This document shows, piece after piece, positions 38,417 to 48,219 of a DNA stretch of 59,463 bases. Within the stretch, counting starts at the first letter, position 1. Each line of letters starts with the position of its first letter. The stretch is taken from contig JBBSVO010000011.1 in assembly GCA_038046805.1 (NCBI GenBank), positions 1-59,463 on the forward strand. The letters run 5' to 3'. This DNA is from Candidatus Micrarchaeota archaeon. Lineage in GTDB: Archaea; Micrarchaeota; Micrarchaeia; Anstonellales; Bilamarchaeaceae. The notes beneath the pieces were generated by a model that was given only the letters and a program-made list of their open reading frames with translations, ran no database searches and was not told where the DNA came from. The position numbers were made by a program, and so were the translations under genes.

Positions 38417-41400
38417 ATGGCAGGCAGTTCTAATTTGTATGTTGTTTTGATGGTTTTTGTTTTGCTGGCTTCTTCTGCATTTGCAGCAGCAACTCAGGTT
38501 TATTTCTGTAAGGATGCAGACGGAAAGGACTATTACACCTCATCCTCTGTAACTTATGGATATGATGGCCAGACCAGTACCGGCCAACCAGTTCATTATG
38601 AAAAAACCGCGTCGGATATTTGTTCTAGCGGCGTATTAACAGAGTATACCTGCCTTAATGACCAACTTTCAATGTCCACATACAAATGCGAGAATGGCTG
38701 CGTAGTTTCCAAGGTATCTGGTGCATGTGTAAAGGCAGCAGTTGAAGTTCCGAAGCCGGTAGTCGTTACATCCTATTCATGTTCTGATTCAGACGGTGGG
38801 ATGGATTATCTAGAACGGGGCACTGCAACTCAGGCAACCTATGTAGCCGGAACACAAACCGATAAATTTTCAAAAACTGATTTCTGTGGAAGCAAGAGCG
38901 TACTGTCCGAATATTATTGCGATCAGTCAAACAAAATCGTTCTTTATGATTATACCTGCCCGCAAGGATATTATTGTTCTGATGGCGCGTGTGTGAAAAC
39001 CCCTGTAGCTACACCTCAACCAGTCTGTGAGGATTCTGATCCAGGGAATAATGTTTATACTTATGGTTCTGTGAAATATGCAAAAGATTCCTCTTCGCAG
39101 GCAACCGTTCTTTATGATACCTGCTTAAGCGATACAAGTGTAATGGAAATTTATTGTGACCAGAGCAAGCAGACACAGTCTTATACCGCAAATTGTAATG
39201 TCGGTGAAGTCTGTTCCAAAGGCGTTTGCGTAAAGCAATCTCAGAAAAGCTGCACTGATTCAGATGGCAGTGCAAATCAGTTCTCCTACGGCACTGTTAC
39301 TTACGTAAATGAACAGGGCGGAAAAACATATTTCTATGATAGTTGCGTTGATTCTGCTACAGTCAATGAGTTGTATTGTTCAGGCTCAGATGTGAAAACC
39401 GCTGCCCTTGGATGCGGCACGGGCTATGAATGTAGCAAGGGGGCCTGCGTGAAAAAAGTGCAAGATCCGGGTTGTACTGATAGCGACAACGGGAAGAATT
39501 ATTATTCAAAGGGAACCACAACTGTTCCTGGAGTTAGTTCAACGGATTCATGCAACGATGCGGGGTTACTGAATGAATTGTATTGTAATTCAGCCAACAC
39601 TATTTCAGTGGAAAAAGTAAGCTGCCCGTCGGGTTACCAATGTTATGACGGTTCCTGTGTGCAGTCCACTTGTGTTGATACCGACCAGGGCCAGAATTAT
39701 TTCACTGCGGGCAAAACTTATCTTGCAGGCCAGGAAAAATCCGCGCTTGCGGACTACTGCGAGAAAGAGGGCGGCTCAAAAATGATGGAATATTATTGTA
39801 TAAAAGGAGCTGCCGGAGACATAATAGGAAAGGATTACTATGAATGCCAGCAGGGTTATTCCTGTTCCGCGGGTGCGTGCGTGAAGACGGCGAGCGTTGT
39901 AACGTGCAAGGATTCCGACAATGGAAAGAACGAATATCTAAAGGGCACGTCCTCGCTCTATAAAGATGGAAAGCTCGTGACTGAAGCCACGGATTTCTGT
40001 CCCTCAAAGAGCCAGTATGTCGAATACTACTGCGCGTACGATCAGATGGATGGCGAATACGAGATTAAGCAGACACAATACACGGATTGTCCAACAGGCT
40101 ATTATTGCTCAAGCGGTGCGTGCATCAAGACTCCAGTCGTTACTCCAAAAACAACCTGCAGCAATGATGTTGATGGCTATAATATATACAAGAAGGGCTA
40201 TGTGATGATTACCGACTCCTCGCTTCCAAACGAGTCGCCTTATTATTACGATAGCTGTTATGATGAAAACACTGTTACCGAGGCAATTTGCAAGGATGCG
40301 AGTACATATGGTTCAAAGACTGAAAAATGTCCGGAAGGTTATTCATGCAGTGATGGTGCTTGTGTTCAAACCGGGGAAGAACCTCAGCCTGCCGAACAGT
40401 CTGCCTGTATGAAAGATAGTGATGGTGGAAAGAATATTTACGTTGCCGGAACTGTAAGCGGCTATGACAAAGATGGAAATCCAAGAAAGGCAGATGATTA
40501 CTGCAGCTCAAAGACACAGGTAGCTGAGCTTTACTGCTCTGGCGGTGAGGCACAGACGAGCTGGCTTGATTGTCCGGACGGCTACGCGTGCGATGATGGT
40601 GCGTGCAAGAAATCCGAAAAACCACTCTCACCAGCAGTGTGCAAAGATTCTGACAACGGTCAGTCTCCTTATGTCTATGGAAAACTTTATTATCAGCCAA
40701 AGGGCGAGGATACGGGCAAGTCTGTCGCAGACTATTGTGTAGGAAGAACAAAAGTCCAGGAGTTCTATTGCACTGGAACTGATGGAACTGTCCCGCACTA
40801 CTACTGGTTTGACTGCCCGCAGGGCTATACCTGCAATGAGGGTGCATGCCTGAAGCAAAAAGAAGAAACAAAAACCTCGTGCAGCGATGATACTGATGGT
40901 GAAAACGTTTTCCACAAAGGAAGCGTGAAGTATATTAATCCAGACTTACCAACGGCCACCCATTATTATTTGGATGGGTGTGCTGATGAGTACACTGTCT
41001 GGGAAGCATATTGTTCGAACAATGCTTATGCGTTCAAGAAACTTGACTGCCCTGAAGGCTACAGATGCAAGGAAGGGGCATGCCTGCAAACAGGTGCAGT
41101 AGTGCCTGTTCCTGTGGATTCAAAGGCATACTGCAAGGATTCAGACGGCTTTAATCTTAATCAATTCGGAAGGGTAATTCACAAATCCGCGGGAGAGAAG
41201 AAATATCTCGTAGAGCTTGATGAATGTCTTGATTCCAACCGCGTGTTGGAGAATACGTGCGATGGAACCGAGGCAAGAAGGTCAGCATATGCTTGTGATA
41301 ACGGGTATTTCTGTTCTGGTGGCGCGTGCGTAAAAGCGGAAATACAGCCAGCACCAGAGCCGGTTGTTAACGGAACTGCAACTGCGAATGCGAGTGTGAA

Positions 41401-41995
41401 TGAAACCACAACAACACCAGTAGCAAATGAAACAACAGAGCCAAAGCCTGTTGAAAACGTAACTACGGTTCCAGAACCTGAAAAGTTTACTTATAATCTT
41501 GCAATAATCAACAAGTGGGGGCTTTATTCTTCACCCGTATCTGAAGGATGGGGCTTTGCAAAGATTACAGAAACCGATTGCGGAGAAAATGACACGGTTA
41601 TCTATGCATATTATGCACCACTTAAGGCATATCTTAAATATCCTGCCTTGAAAAAAGGAGGGTCGCTTGTTGCAGGCGGACAGGGTCTTTGGATAAAGAA
41701 GAATACCGAAGGCTCGTGCAAGGTTGAATTGAGTGGAACAAAGAAGGTAACCCTTACAGGAGAATACTTATATGACGGATGGAATTTGATGGGCGCTCCA
41801 TACAGCGAAACAGCTTTCGCAGATCTGAAAGGAACCTGTACTGTGGCAAGTGGACCTCATTATTACAATAGCGATAGTAATACGTGGGAAAATCCGTCTT
41901 CGTTGTCTCCGGGCAAGGGTTACTTTATAAAGGTAAATGGCGCATGCCAGTTGGGAAGCAGCGCGGACTTGCCGCCGCCTCCACCATCTGGTTGA
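38417..41995 (+). CDS. Secreted Cys-rich repeat surface protein (~12 CxD(S/T)DxG repeats)
   Basis: Signal peptide; ~75-aa units CxDSDG..D.C....ExYC..C..G..C..GAC; Thr/Pro linker; C-terminal GWNL..PGKGYFIK domain. Confidence 0.88.
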   Translation: MAGSSNLYVVLMVFVLLASSAFAAATQVYFCKDADGKDYYTSSSVTYGYDGQTSTGQPVHYEKTASDICSSGVLTEYTCLNDQLSMSTYKCENGCVVSKVSGACVKAAVEVPKPVVVTSYSCSDSDGGMDYLERGTATQATYVAGTQTDKFSKTDFCGSKSVLSEYYCDQSNKIVLYDYTCPQGYYCSDGACVKTPVATPQPVCEDSDPGNNVYTYGSVKYAKDSSSQATVLYDTCLSDTSVMEIYCDQSKQTQSYTANCNVGEVCSKGVCVKQSQKSCTDSDGSANQFSYGTVTYVNEQGGKTYFYDSCVDSATVNELYCSGSDVKTAALGCGTGYECSKGACVKKVQDPGCTDSDNGKNYYSKGTTTVPGVSSTDSCNDAGLLNELYCNSANTISVEKVSCPSGYQCYDGSCVQSTCVDTDQGQNYFTAGKTYLAGQEKSALADYCEKEGGSKMMEYYCIKGAAGDIIGKDYYECQQGYSCSAGACVKTASVVTCKDSDNGKNEYLKGTSSLYKDGKLVTEATDFCPSKSQYVEYYCAYDQMDGEYEIKQTQYTDCPTGYYCSSGACIKTPVVTPKTTCSNDVDGYNIYKKGYVMITDSSLPNESPYYYDSCYDENTVTEAICKDASTYGSKTEKCPEGYSCSDGACVQTGEEPQPAEQSACMKDSDGGKNIYVAGTVSGYDKDGNPRKADDYCSSKTQVAELYCSGGEAQTSWLDCPDGYACDDGACKKSEKPLSPAVCKDSDNGQSPYVYGKLYYQPKGEDTGKSVADYCVGRTKVQEFYCTGTDGTVPHYYWFDCPQGYTCNEGACLKQKEETKTSCSDDTDGENVFHKGSVKYINPDLPTATHYYLDGCADEYTVWEAYCSNNAYAFKKLDCPEGYRCKEGACLQTGAVVPVPVDSKAYCKDSDGFNLNQFGRVIHKSAGEKKYLVELDECLDSNRVLENTCDGTEARRSAYACDNGYFCSGGACVKAEIQPAPEPVVNGTATANASVNETTTTPVANETTEPKPVENVTTVPEPEKFTYNLAIINKWGLYSSPVSEGWGFAKITETDCGENDTVIYAYYAPLKAYLKYPALKKGGSLVAGGQGLWIKKNTEGSCKVELSGTKKVTLTGEYLYDGWNLMGAPYSETAFADLKGTCTVASGPHYYNSDSNTWENPSSLSPGKGYFIKVNGACQLGSSADLPPPPPSG

Positions 41996-42021
41996 TGGTA
42001 TTAATCAATGGGTGATATAAC

Positions 42022-42261
42022 ATGTTGAACACAAAATTGCTCGTGATATTTGCGTTGGCAGCAACGCTTTTGTTATATGGTTGCATCGGCGGAACTTCTT
42101 CAACGAAGTCAGATGAGGCAAAAGCGCCTGCAGAGGTTAAGGGTCCGAGTGCCGGTGAAAGCGCTCCACCGTTGCCTGTGACTGAAAAGCCGGCTGAAAC
42201 TCCAGCACCTTCAGTGCCTGCAGATTCCGGAGAAGATGTTCCTCCAGCATTGCCGGAGTAA
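42022..42261 (+). CDS. Small Pro-rich lipoprotein
   Basis: Lipobox-like LLYGC. Confidence 0.7.
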   Translation: MLNTKLLVIFALAATLLLYGCIGGTSSTKSDEAKAPAEVKGPSAGESAPPLPVTEKPAETPAPSVPADSGEDVPPALPE

Positions 42262-42375
42262 ATTGCGTCTGGAGTCAAGTGTTTAGCGTTTCGAGTTCTG
42301 GGTTCTTTTTTATTTTTTTCGTTTCTTCTTTTCCATTTTCTCTCAATTTTTCCGCTTTTTTGTTCAAAATTAGTT

Positions 42376-42759
42376 TTACAATGCCCATCCAATCTGAAAT
42401 TCTTTCATTATCTTTTGTGTTACATCTCGCATTTGACTGACTGCCTCGGCATCGCTTTTGGGTGCTTTAAGTTTTCCAAGTTCCGCAATTGCAAAATTAG
42501 CTATTGTACACAGTCTTTCATCAGTAATTACCCTGCTTTCAGAAACAAAATTCAAGCGCAAATCGTCAGTCGTGGCCTTTGTAAACTCTCTTTTTCCTTC
42601 CAATGCTTCGTTAAGCTGTTCTACCCAGCGCCCGAGTTTTTTCATTACCTTTGAGTAATTATGTGTTACCATCACACGTTCAGCAAGTGGAGGTCTTGCC
42701 GCATCTACGGGTACTGCTGCAGGACGCAAATCATCCTTTGCCTGCACAGTCTTTACCAT
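42376..42759 (-). CDS. Hypothetical protein
   Basis: 127 aa ORF downstream of rpl15e. Confidence 0.55.
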   Translation of the reverse strand: MVKTVQAKDDLRPAAVPVDAARPPLAERVMVTHNYSKVMKKLGRWVEQLNEALEGKREFTKATTDDLRLNFVSESRVITDERLCTIANFAIAELGKLKAPKSDAEAVSQMRDVTQKIMKEFQIGWAL

Positions 42760-42776
42760 CTTCCTTCCCCGTTTCC

Positions 42777-43268
42777 TCAGAGTGCTCTTGCCTTCTTTCC
42801 AGCACTTGTAAGTCCGCGGTATGCACGCCTCTTCGAGCGCAGCATTGGGACTTCATCTGCAAGAAGTGCAGGGTCTCCGAGAATTACCTCAAAGAATTTC
42901 AGGGTTCCGTCTTCCCCTACCCAATAAGAATTAATCACTTCCAGGTTTTGGAATTTTCTGTTTGCCCGTTGTTCTGCAATTGCCTGATGGGACAATCCCG
43001 GGGAAGTCAATAAATAGTTGTGCCTTGCCTTTCTTCCACCCATGGGCGTTCTTCGTCTTCTTCGTCCTTTGTCTACCCTGGTACGAACAATAACATATCC
43101 TTTCTTTGCCTTGTAACCAAGAGTTCTTGCCCTTGCAATATTGGTGGGTTTTTCCACGCGTTCAATTGCGGGTCCGTGTCTCCATGCAATAAGCCTTTTC
43201 TTATAACCCTCATTTCTTTCCTTGTATGCCTTTTGCATAGATTCTCTTATGTATTTGTATGCACCCAT
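42777..43268 (-). CDS. rpl15e: 50S ribosomal protein L15e
   Basis: ARARTLGYKAKKG, NSYWVGEDG, RGLTSAGKK. Confidence 0.96.
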   Translation of the reverse strand: MGAYKYIRESMQKAYKERNEGYKKRLIAWRHGPAIERVEKPTNIARARTLGYKAKKGYVIVRTRVDKGRRRRRTPMGGRKARHNYLLTSPGLSHQAIAEQRANRKFQNLEVINSYWVGEDGTLKFFEVILGDPALLADEVPMLRSKRRAYRGLTSAGKKARAL

Positions 43269-43295
43269 ATTCAACTACCTCCGTATAAATATTTT

Positions 43296-43355
43296 ACACC
43301 GTTCAGGCATCGCCGATTTCCAGCTTAGCCCACATCCTCGGAGTCTTTAATTAGA
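43296..43355 (-). promoter_or_regulatory. Putative eL15 leader RNA (k-turn-like)
   Basis: CCG-AGGATGTG...CTGAA-CGG in the 5' UTR of rpl15e. Confidence 0.5.
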
Positions 43356-43441
43356 CTTAATCTACCATTTGATGCGAGCCGTTTAAAAAGGTTTTCTAAT
43401 TATATTTGCAGTGCAAACGAATTCTAATAACGGTGCATTCT

Positions 43442-43780
43442 ATGCATGAGAAACAAAAAGACGATCAGTCAGAATTTATGAAGACTGTGGACGAAATACG
43501 CCATGCCGAAACATCTGCAGAAAAGATTCGCGCAGATGCAAAGGAAAAGGCAGATGATGTCCTGAAGAAAGCAAAGGAAACAGTGATGAAAATAAAACAA
43601 GAAACTTCCGAGAACTGTGTTCAAGAGAAAAACAAACACCTTCAGAAAGGAAAAGAACGAATAGATCAGGAAGTTGAGCTTCTTCTTTCAAAAGCAAAGG
43701 CAGAAGCAGATGCGGTGCGGGAAAAACGCATTAAGCAGGCGCAGGTTTCCGAGCTGTTTGATACGTTCTTGTCTTCTTAA
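43442..43780 (+). CDS. atpH: A/V-type ATPase subunit H (G)
   Basis: Charged coiled coil, first gene of operon. Confidence 0.8.
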   Translation: MHEKQKDDQSEFMKTVDEIRHAETSAEKIRADAKEKADDVLKKAKETVMKIKQETSENCVQEKNKHLQKGKERIDQEVELLLSKAKAEADAVREKRIKQAQVSELFDTFLSS

Positions 43781-43811
43781 GGTATGCAGGCTATGTTTTG
43801 ATGTGATTCTT

Positions 43812-45863
43812 ATGCTTCACCCGGTAAAAATGCAAAAAATTCGATTATTCGCATTAAAGCCGGCAGCCGATAATCTCATTCGCGATCTTCATTCTATGGG
43901 CATAATGGAAATTTCTGTTTCCCAGCGGGCAAGTGGTCTTGAAGAAGGGCGACCTCTGGATTCTTTTGACGAAATTTCAAAACAACATGTGAGAATGCGC
44001 GGAATAAAAAATGCGCTTCTCCAGTTTTTGCCGAAGAATGTCAAAAACCACCGGTCAGAAACCGGTGACTTGTTTTTGACAGATAGAGATTCCACGACTG
44101 GACTGGGTGATACCAATGTGACCACTGGTCGCAGACCAGTGGAATCTCTGGATTATGAAACTGGTACGGAGTTGTCATTGGTTTCGGATCCAGTCTCTTC
44201 CGCTAAGGAGATAACAATTGATTCTCGCTTAAAGGAGCTGCAGGAAGAGCGAGCCAAGGTTGAAAATTCTATTTCTCGTTTGAGGGAAGAGCTTATTCTG
44301 GCAAACCGACTTTCCTATTTTGAAAATATAGATTTTACTGCGCTTGAGACAAAGACAACCGGTTCAGTGCTCGGTACTATTCGAAGAGAAAAGCTTGCTG
44401 ATTTACAAGGGGCGCTTACAAAAGCGCTTGGTTCAGAATCCTCAAAAATGCTTTATTTAATTGAAGGAGATACGGTTTTGGTCCTTATATTATACAAGAA
44501 AGGGTATGATCTCGATCCGATTTTAAACGTCGCGGGGCTTATCCGGATAACTCTTCCTCAAAATCTTGGTTACCCTCAAAAATACGTACTTTGGCTTTTG
44601 CATGAAATAAAATCAAATGAAAAGCGGGAGAATGAAATCCAATCTGAAATCTCATCACTGGCAGCAGAATATTATTCCCGTGTTTCTGCACTCGAATCAC
44701 ATTTATCTATCGAAGCCGATCGCGCGGAAATTGCATCCCATTTCAGTTCAAGTAACCTGGTATTCATTATAGAAGGGTGGCTGAAAAAGGCGGATGTTGC
44801 AGTGCTTGAAAAAAGCCTTGGCAAATATAATGGGAAAGTCCAACTGCAGGAAATTCGTGCATCTCAGGATGAAGTTCCACCCACATTTCTTGAAAATCCA
44901 ACATCTGCGGCGAATTCGGTACAATTCATGACTGAAGACTTTTCTCTGCCGCGTGCAAGCGAAATCGATCCAACATTTATTTTCTTTGTAACTGTTCCGC
45001 TCCTTTACGGTATGATTGTTGGAGACGTAATCTACGGAATCATGTCCATATTCATCGCGCTTTTCTTTATGAAGAAATTTGCAAACAGTCCACTTATGTC
45101 AAGCGTATCCAAGCTTTGGCTGTTTTCTTCAATACCTGCAATTCTTTTTGGTCTTATATTTGATGAGTGGGCGGGAATGTCACATCTTCATATTCTCGAA
45201 ATCCTTGAAAAATGGGGGGTTCTCTCGCTCGAAACTCTTGGAATCCACGAACCGCTTTACCTTGGTTTAAGCAGACTTCACAATGTTGCAACCCTTCTTG
45301 CAATAATGCTTTATGTAGGAATGATTCATCTTGCGTTTGGTTTTATTATCGGAGCGATAAATGAATGGCACCACAACAAAAAACATGCAATTGGAAAACT
45401 TGCATGGATAGGTGTTGAATTAGGCGGTTACATTACAATCGGTGCGTTTGTGCTTAACGCGGTTCCGGTTGATTTAGGGCCGTTTGGCGGTGCTTTGCTT
45501 GGCATTTCCGCAGTTATTATCGCCTGGTCTGAAGGCGCTGCCGGAATTCTTGAGCTTCCTGGAATTGCGGGAAATGTCTTCTCATATCTTCGTATCGCGA
45601 TAGTCGGACTTGTAGGTACAATTCTCGCAGAATTGATAAACTCGCTTTTCATGCCGCTTCCGTCGCAGGGACTAATGGCACTTGTATTTTTTCCACTATT
45701 GTTCGCTCTTCATATGATTAATGCTTTCATAGCAATGTTCGAGGCAATTATTCAAGGCGGCAGGCTTAATGTTATAGAATTCAGATTCAAGTTTACGCAA
45801 GGAGACGGAAGACTATTCGCTCCGTTCTCAGTTGGTCCATCAGAACGAAATGTATCTCGCTAA
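43812..45863 (+). CDS. atpI: A/V-type ATPase subunit I (a)
   Basis: EIDPT, GDVIYG, FSYLRI, RLNVIEF. Confidence 0.95.
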   Translation: MLHPVKMQKIRLFALKPAADNLIRDLHSMGIMEISVSQRASGLEEGRPLDSFDEISKQHVRMRGIKNALLQFLPKNVKNHRSETGDLFLTDRDSTTGLGDTNVTTGRRPVESLDYETGTELSLVSDPVSSAKEITIDSRLKELQEERAKVENSISRLREELILANRLSYFENIDFTALETKTTGSVLGTIRREKLADLQGALTKALGSESSKMLYLIEGDTVLVLILYKKGYDLDPILNVAGLIRITLPQNLGYPQKYVLWLLHEIKSNEKRENEIQSEISSLAAEYYSRVSALESHLSIEADRAEIASHFSSSNLVFIIEGWLKKADVAVLEKSLGKYNGKVQLQEIRASQDEVPPTFLENPTSAANSVQFMTEDFSLPRASEIDPTFIFFVTVPLLYGMIVGDVIYGIMSIFIALFFMKKFANSPLMSSVSKLWLFSSIPAILFGLIFDEWAGMSHLHILEILEKWGVLSLETLGIHEPLYLGLSRLHNVATLLAIMLYVGMIHLAFGFIIGAINEWHHNKKHAIGKLAWIGVELGGYITIGAFVLNAVPVDLGPFGGALLGISAVIIAWSEGAAGILELPGIAGNVFSYLRIAIVGLVGTILAELINSLFMPLPSQGLMALVFFPLLFALHMINAFIAMFEAIIQGGRLNVIEFRFKFTQGDGRLFAPFSVGPSERNVSR

Positions 45864-45901
45864 TAAAATACTAGAAAAATACCAAAAGAGGTGTATGAAG
45901 T

Positions 45902-46153
45902 ATGGCAACAGAAGTTTTAGGTGGTTTGAGTGCAGAGGCAGGTGCTGCATTGGGTGCAGGTATTGCAATGGGTTTGAGTGCGTTGGCAGCAGCCTGGTCC
46001 CAGGGTTCAGTGGGTGCTGCGGCAATGGGTCTTGCAGCAGAAAGGCCTGAGTTTGAAAAGAAGCTCTTGATATACCTTGTGCTTCCGGAAATTCTTGCAC
46101 TGCTTGGTTTCGCAATTGCATTCCTGCTGGTTCAGGTTGTCTCAGCTAAGTAA
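45902..46153 (+). CDS. atpK: A/V-type ATPase proteolipid K (c)
   Basis: Single hairpin, AERPE, LPEILALLGF. Confidence 0.95.
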   Translation: MATEVLGGLSAEAGAALGAGIAMGLSALAAAWSQGSVGAAAMGLAAERPEFEKKLLIYLVLPEILALLGFAIAFLLVQVVSAK

Positions 46154-46198
46154 GCTCGGCATTCTGTTCCGAAGAGCAGATATTTAAGGTGAGCTATT

Positions 46199-46771
46199 AT
46201 GGCTTTGGACAAACTGGTTTCTTCATTAGTCTCTGATGCAAAAAAGGAGGCTGAAGAGGTAGTCAATTCTGCGGAATGGCATGTCGGCAAGATGGTTTCC
46301 GAGGAAAAGGCAAAAAGGGCAATTCTTGTGAAGGCAGCTGCCGAAGAGGCAGAGGTAATGATAGAGGCACAACGCAAGGAAAAGATTGCATGGGCGCGCC
46401 TTGAGGCAAAGAGGCTTATATCTGAGGCCAAGGAAGATGCTATCAAAGGATGCCTGGAATCCTTTTTCGAGGAGATGAAATCTGCACGTGATTCCAAGCA
46501 ATATCAGATGTTTCTCAATAAAGTTGTTTCGTCTGCTCTTAAAGAGCTCGGAGCTTCAAAAGCAACTGTCCATCTTGTAAAAGGAGATAAAAAATATTTC
46601 AAGAATGGCAATGGAAAAGTTACTGTTGTTGAGGATATCAGTACTGCGGGTGGTGCGCTTGTTGAGACTGAGGACGGAAGAATCCGTGTTGATATGACTC
46701 TCGAAAGCCTTTTTGAAAGCAGAAAGGATGACCTGAGAAAGGAGATATACGCAATATTATTTGGAGGATGA
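46199..46771 (+). CDS. atpE: A/V-type ATPase subunit E
   Basis: GGALVETEDGRIRVDMT; operon order. Confidence 0.9.
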   Translation: MALDKLVSSLVSDAKKEAEEVVNSAEWHVGKMVSEEKAKRAILVKAAAEEAEVMIEAQRKEKIAWARLEAKRLISEAKEDAIKGCLESFFEEMKSARDSKQYQMFLNKVVSSALKELGASKATVHLVKGDKKYFKNGNGKVTVVEDISTAGGALVETEDGRIRVDMTLESLFESRKDDLRKEIYAILFGG

Positions 46772-47871
46772 GTTATTTGGCAAATTTTTCCAACATGTTT
46801 GAAATCCCTTCACTCAAATACGGGTATTCCAATGCCCGTGTTAAAGGGATGAAAGGATTGTTGTTCAAGCGGGACTTCCTCGACGAATTGATAAAAGTGG
46901 GAAGCGTGGATTCAATGATAGAGCTTCTTCAGAGAACCCATTATAAGGAAGAGCTTGTCGCGCTTTCCGTGCGTTATAGTGGTTCCGAACTTGTTGAACT
47001 CGCAGTTGGTGCAAATGTCCGAAATGTTGTCCGAAAGATTCGCAAGATAACTCCGAAATCCGATCTTCCAATAATGGACGCGCTTCTCAAAAGATGGGAC
47101 CTGCTCAATCTGAAAATGATTGTAACTGCAAGGCGTGCGGGTTATACTTTTGATGCAGTAAAACCTTATCTTGTTTCCGTTGGTTCTTTGACTGAAGCAG
47201 ATCTGGAACACATCGCATCAGCTGATGAGAAAAATGTGTTCGAAGTAATCAAGAGAACCGAACTTGGAAAAGAGCTTCTTTCCCAGAGTAATGCAATGTT
47301 TAATCGCGAAATGTGGTCTGCGTTCAGGAAGGCGCTTGTTGACATGAACAGCTTTGTCCAGCTTCAGACGATGTTTGATGCGTATATTCACATATTCATA
47401 GACAAAAATCTTTCTTCACCAAAGAAGCCTGTACAGGAAATCCGAAGAATATTCAAGAAAGAAATCGATGTTCGCAATGTTGCAATCCTTTGGAGGCTAA
47501 AGGCAAGAGGGATTGACAAATCAAAAATGAGGGATTACCTGATTCGGGGAGGGTCTTTGCCAGAAACCGCAATTTCTGCCATAATAGATGCAAAGGACAT
47601 CCAGGCTATAGTTCCAATACTTCGTCTGAAACTTCCTGCATTTGAACTTTCTTCCGAAAACCCGACTCTCGTTGAATTGGAAATCGCGCTTGAGAAAGCA
47701 ATCGCAGCAGAAAAAGTCCGCATGTTCCACCGGAGTATTCTTTCGATTGGAACATTGCTCGGTTTTGTTCTGTTAAAGGAAGAAGAGCTGAATAACCTTC
47801 GCAAAATTTCAAAGGGAAAGGAATTCGGGATTCTGGAATCCGAGCTTAAGGAAATGCTGGTGGTCGTATGA
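46768..47871 (+). CDS. atpC: A/V-type ATPase subunit C
   Basis: YGYSNARVKGM, KEEELNNLR. Confidence 0.92.
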   Translation: MSYLANFSNMFEIPSLKYGYSNARVKGMKGLLFKRDFLDELIKVGSVDSMIELLQRTHYKEELVALSVRYSGSELVELAVGANVRNVVRKIRKITPKSDLPIMDALLKRWDLLNLKMIVTARRAGYTFDAVKPYLVSVGSLTEADLEHIASADEKNVFEVIKRTELGKELLSQSNAMFNREMWSAFRKALVDMNSFVQLQTMFDAYIHIFIDKNLSSPKKPVQEIRRIFKKEIDVRNVAILWRLKARGIDKSKMRDYLIRGGSLPETAISAIIDAKDIQAIVPILRLKLPAFELSSENPTLVELEIALEKAIAAEKVRMFHRSILSIGTLLGFVLLKEEELNNLRKISKGKEFGILESELKEMLVVV

Positions 47872-48191
47872 CAAAAGCAAAAATCATGGTTCTTGGCGAT
47901 GCACCCCTTGTAATGGGCTTCCAGCTTGCAGGCCTTGAAAATTGTATTCTTACGGCTTCGGATAAATTCCAACAAAAGCTTGAAGATTATCTGCAGAAAC
48001 CAGAATTCGGAATAATCATTGTTAACGAAACCATGCTTAATATGATTGACTGGAGATTAAAAAAGAAACTGGATTCAATTGCATATCCTGTCATAGTTCC
48101 GATTCCGGACATTTCCGGAAAAAGTACAGAAGGAGATGAAATAAGATTCCTGATAAAAAGGGCATTGGGTTTTGATCTAGGCAAAAAATAA
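47868..48191 (+). CDS. atpF: A/V-type ATPase subunit F
   Basis: [20 protein letters not shown]. Confidence 0.93.
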   Translation: MTKAKIMVLGDAPLVMGFQLAGLENCILTASDKFQQKLEDYLQKPEFGIIIVNETMLNMIDWRLKKKLDSIAYPVIVPIPDISGKSTEGDEIRFLIKRALGFDLGKK

Positions 48192-48219
48192 GATAAAAAA
48201 TAATATTCAAGGTGAAAAC

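Noticed and set aside
45902..46153. Na+-coupled ATP synthase
   Set aside because: c subunit has E-I rather than E-S/T and lacks the downstream Tyr of the Na+ signature
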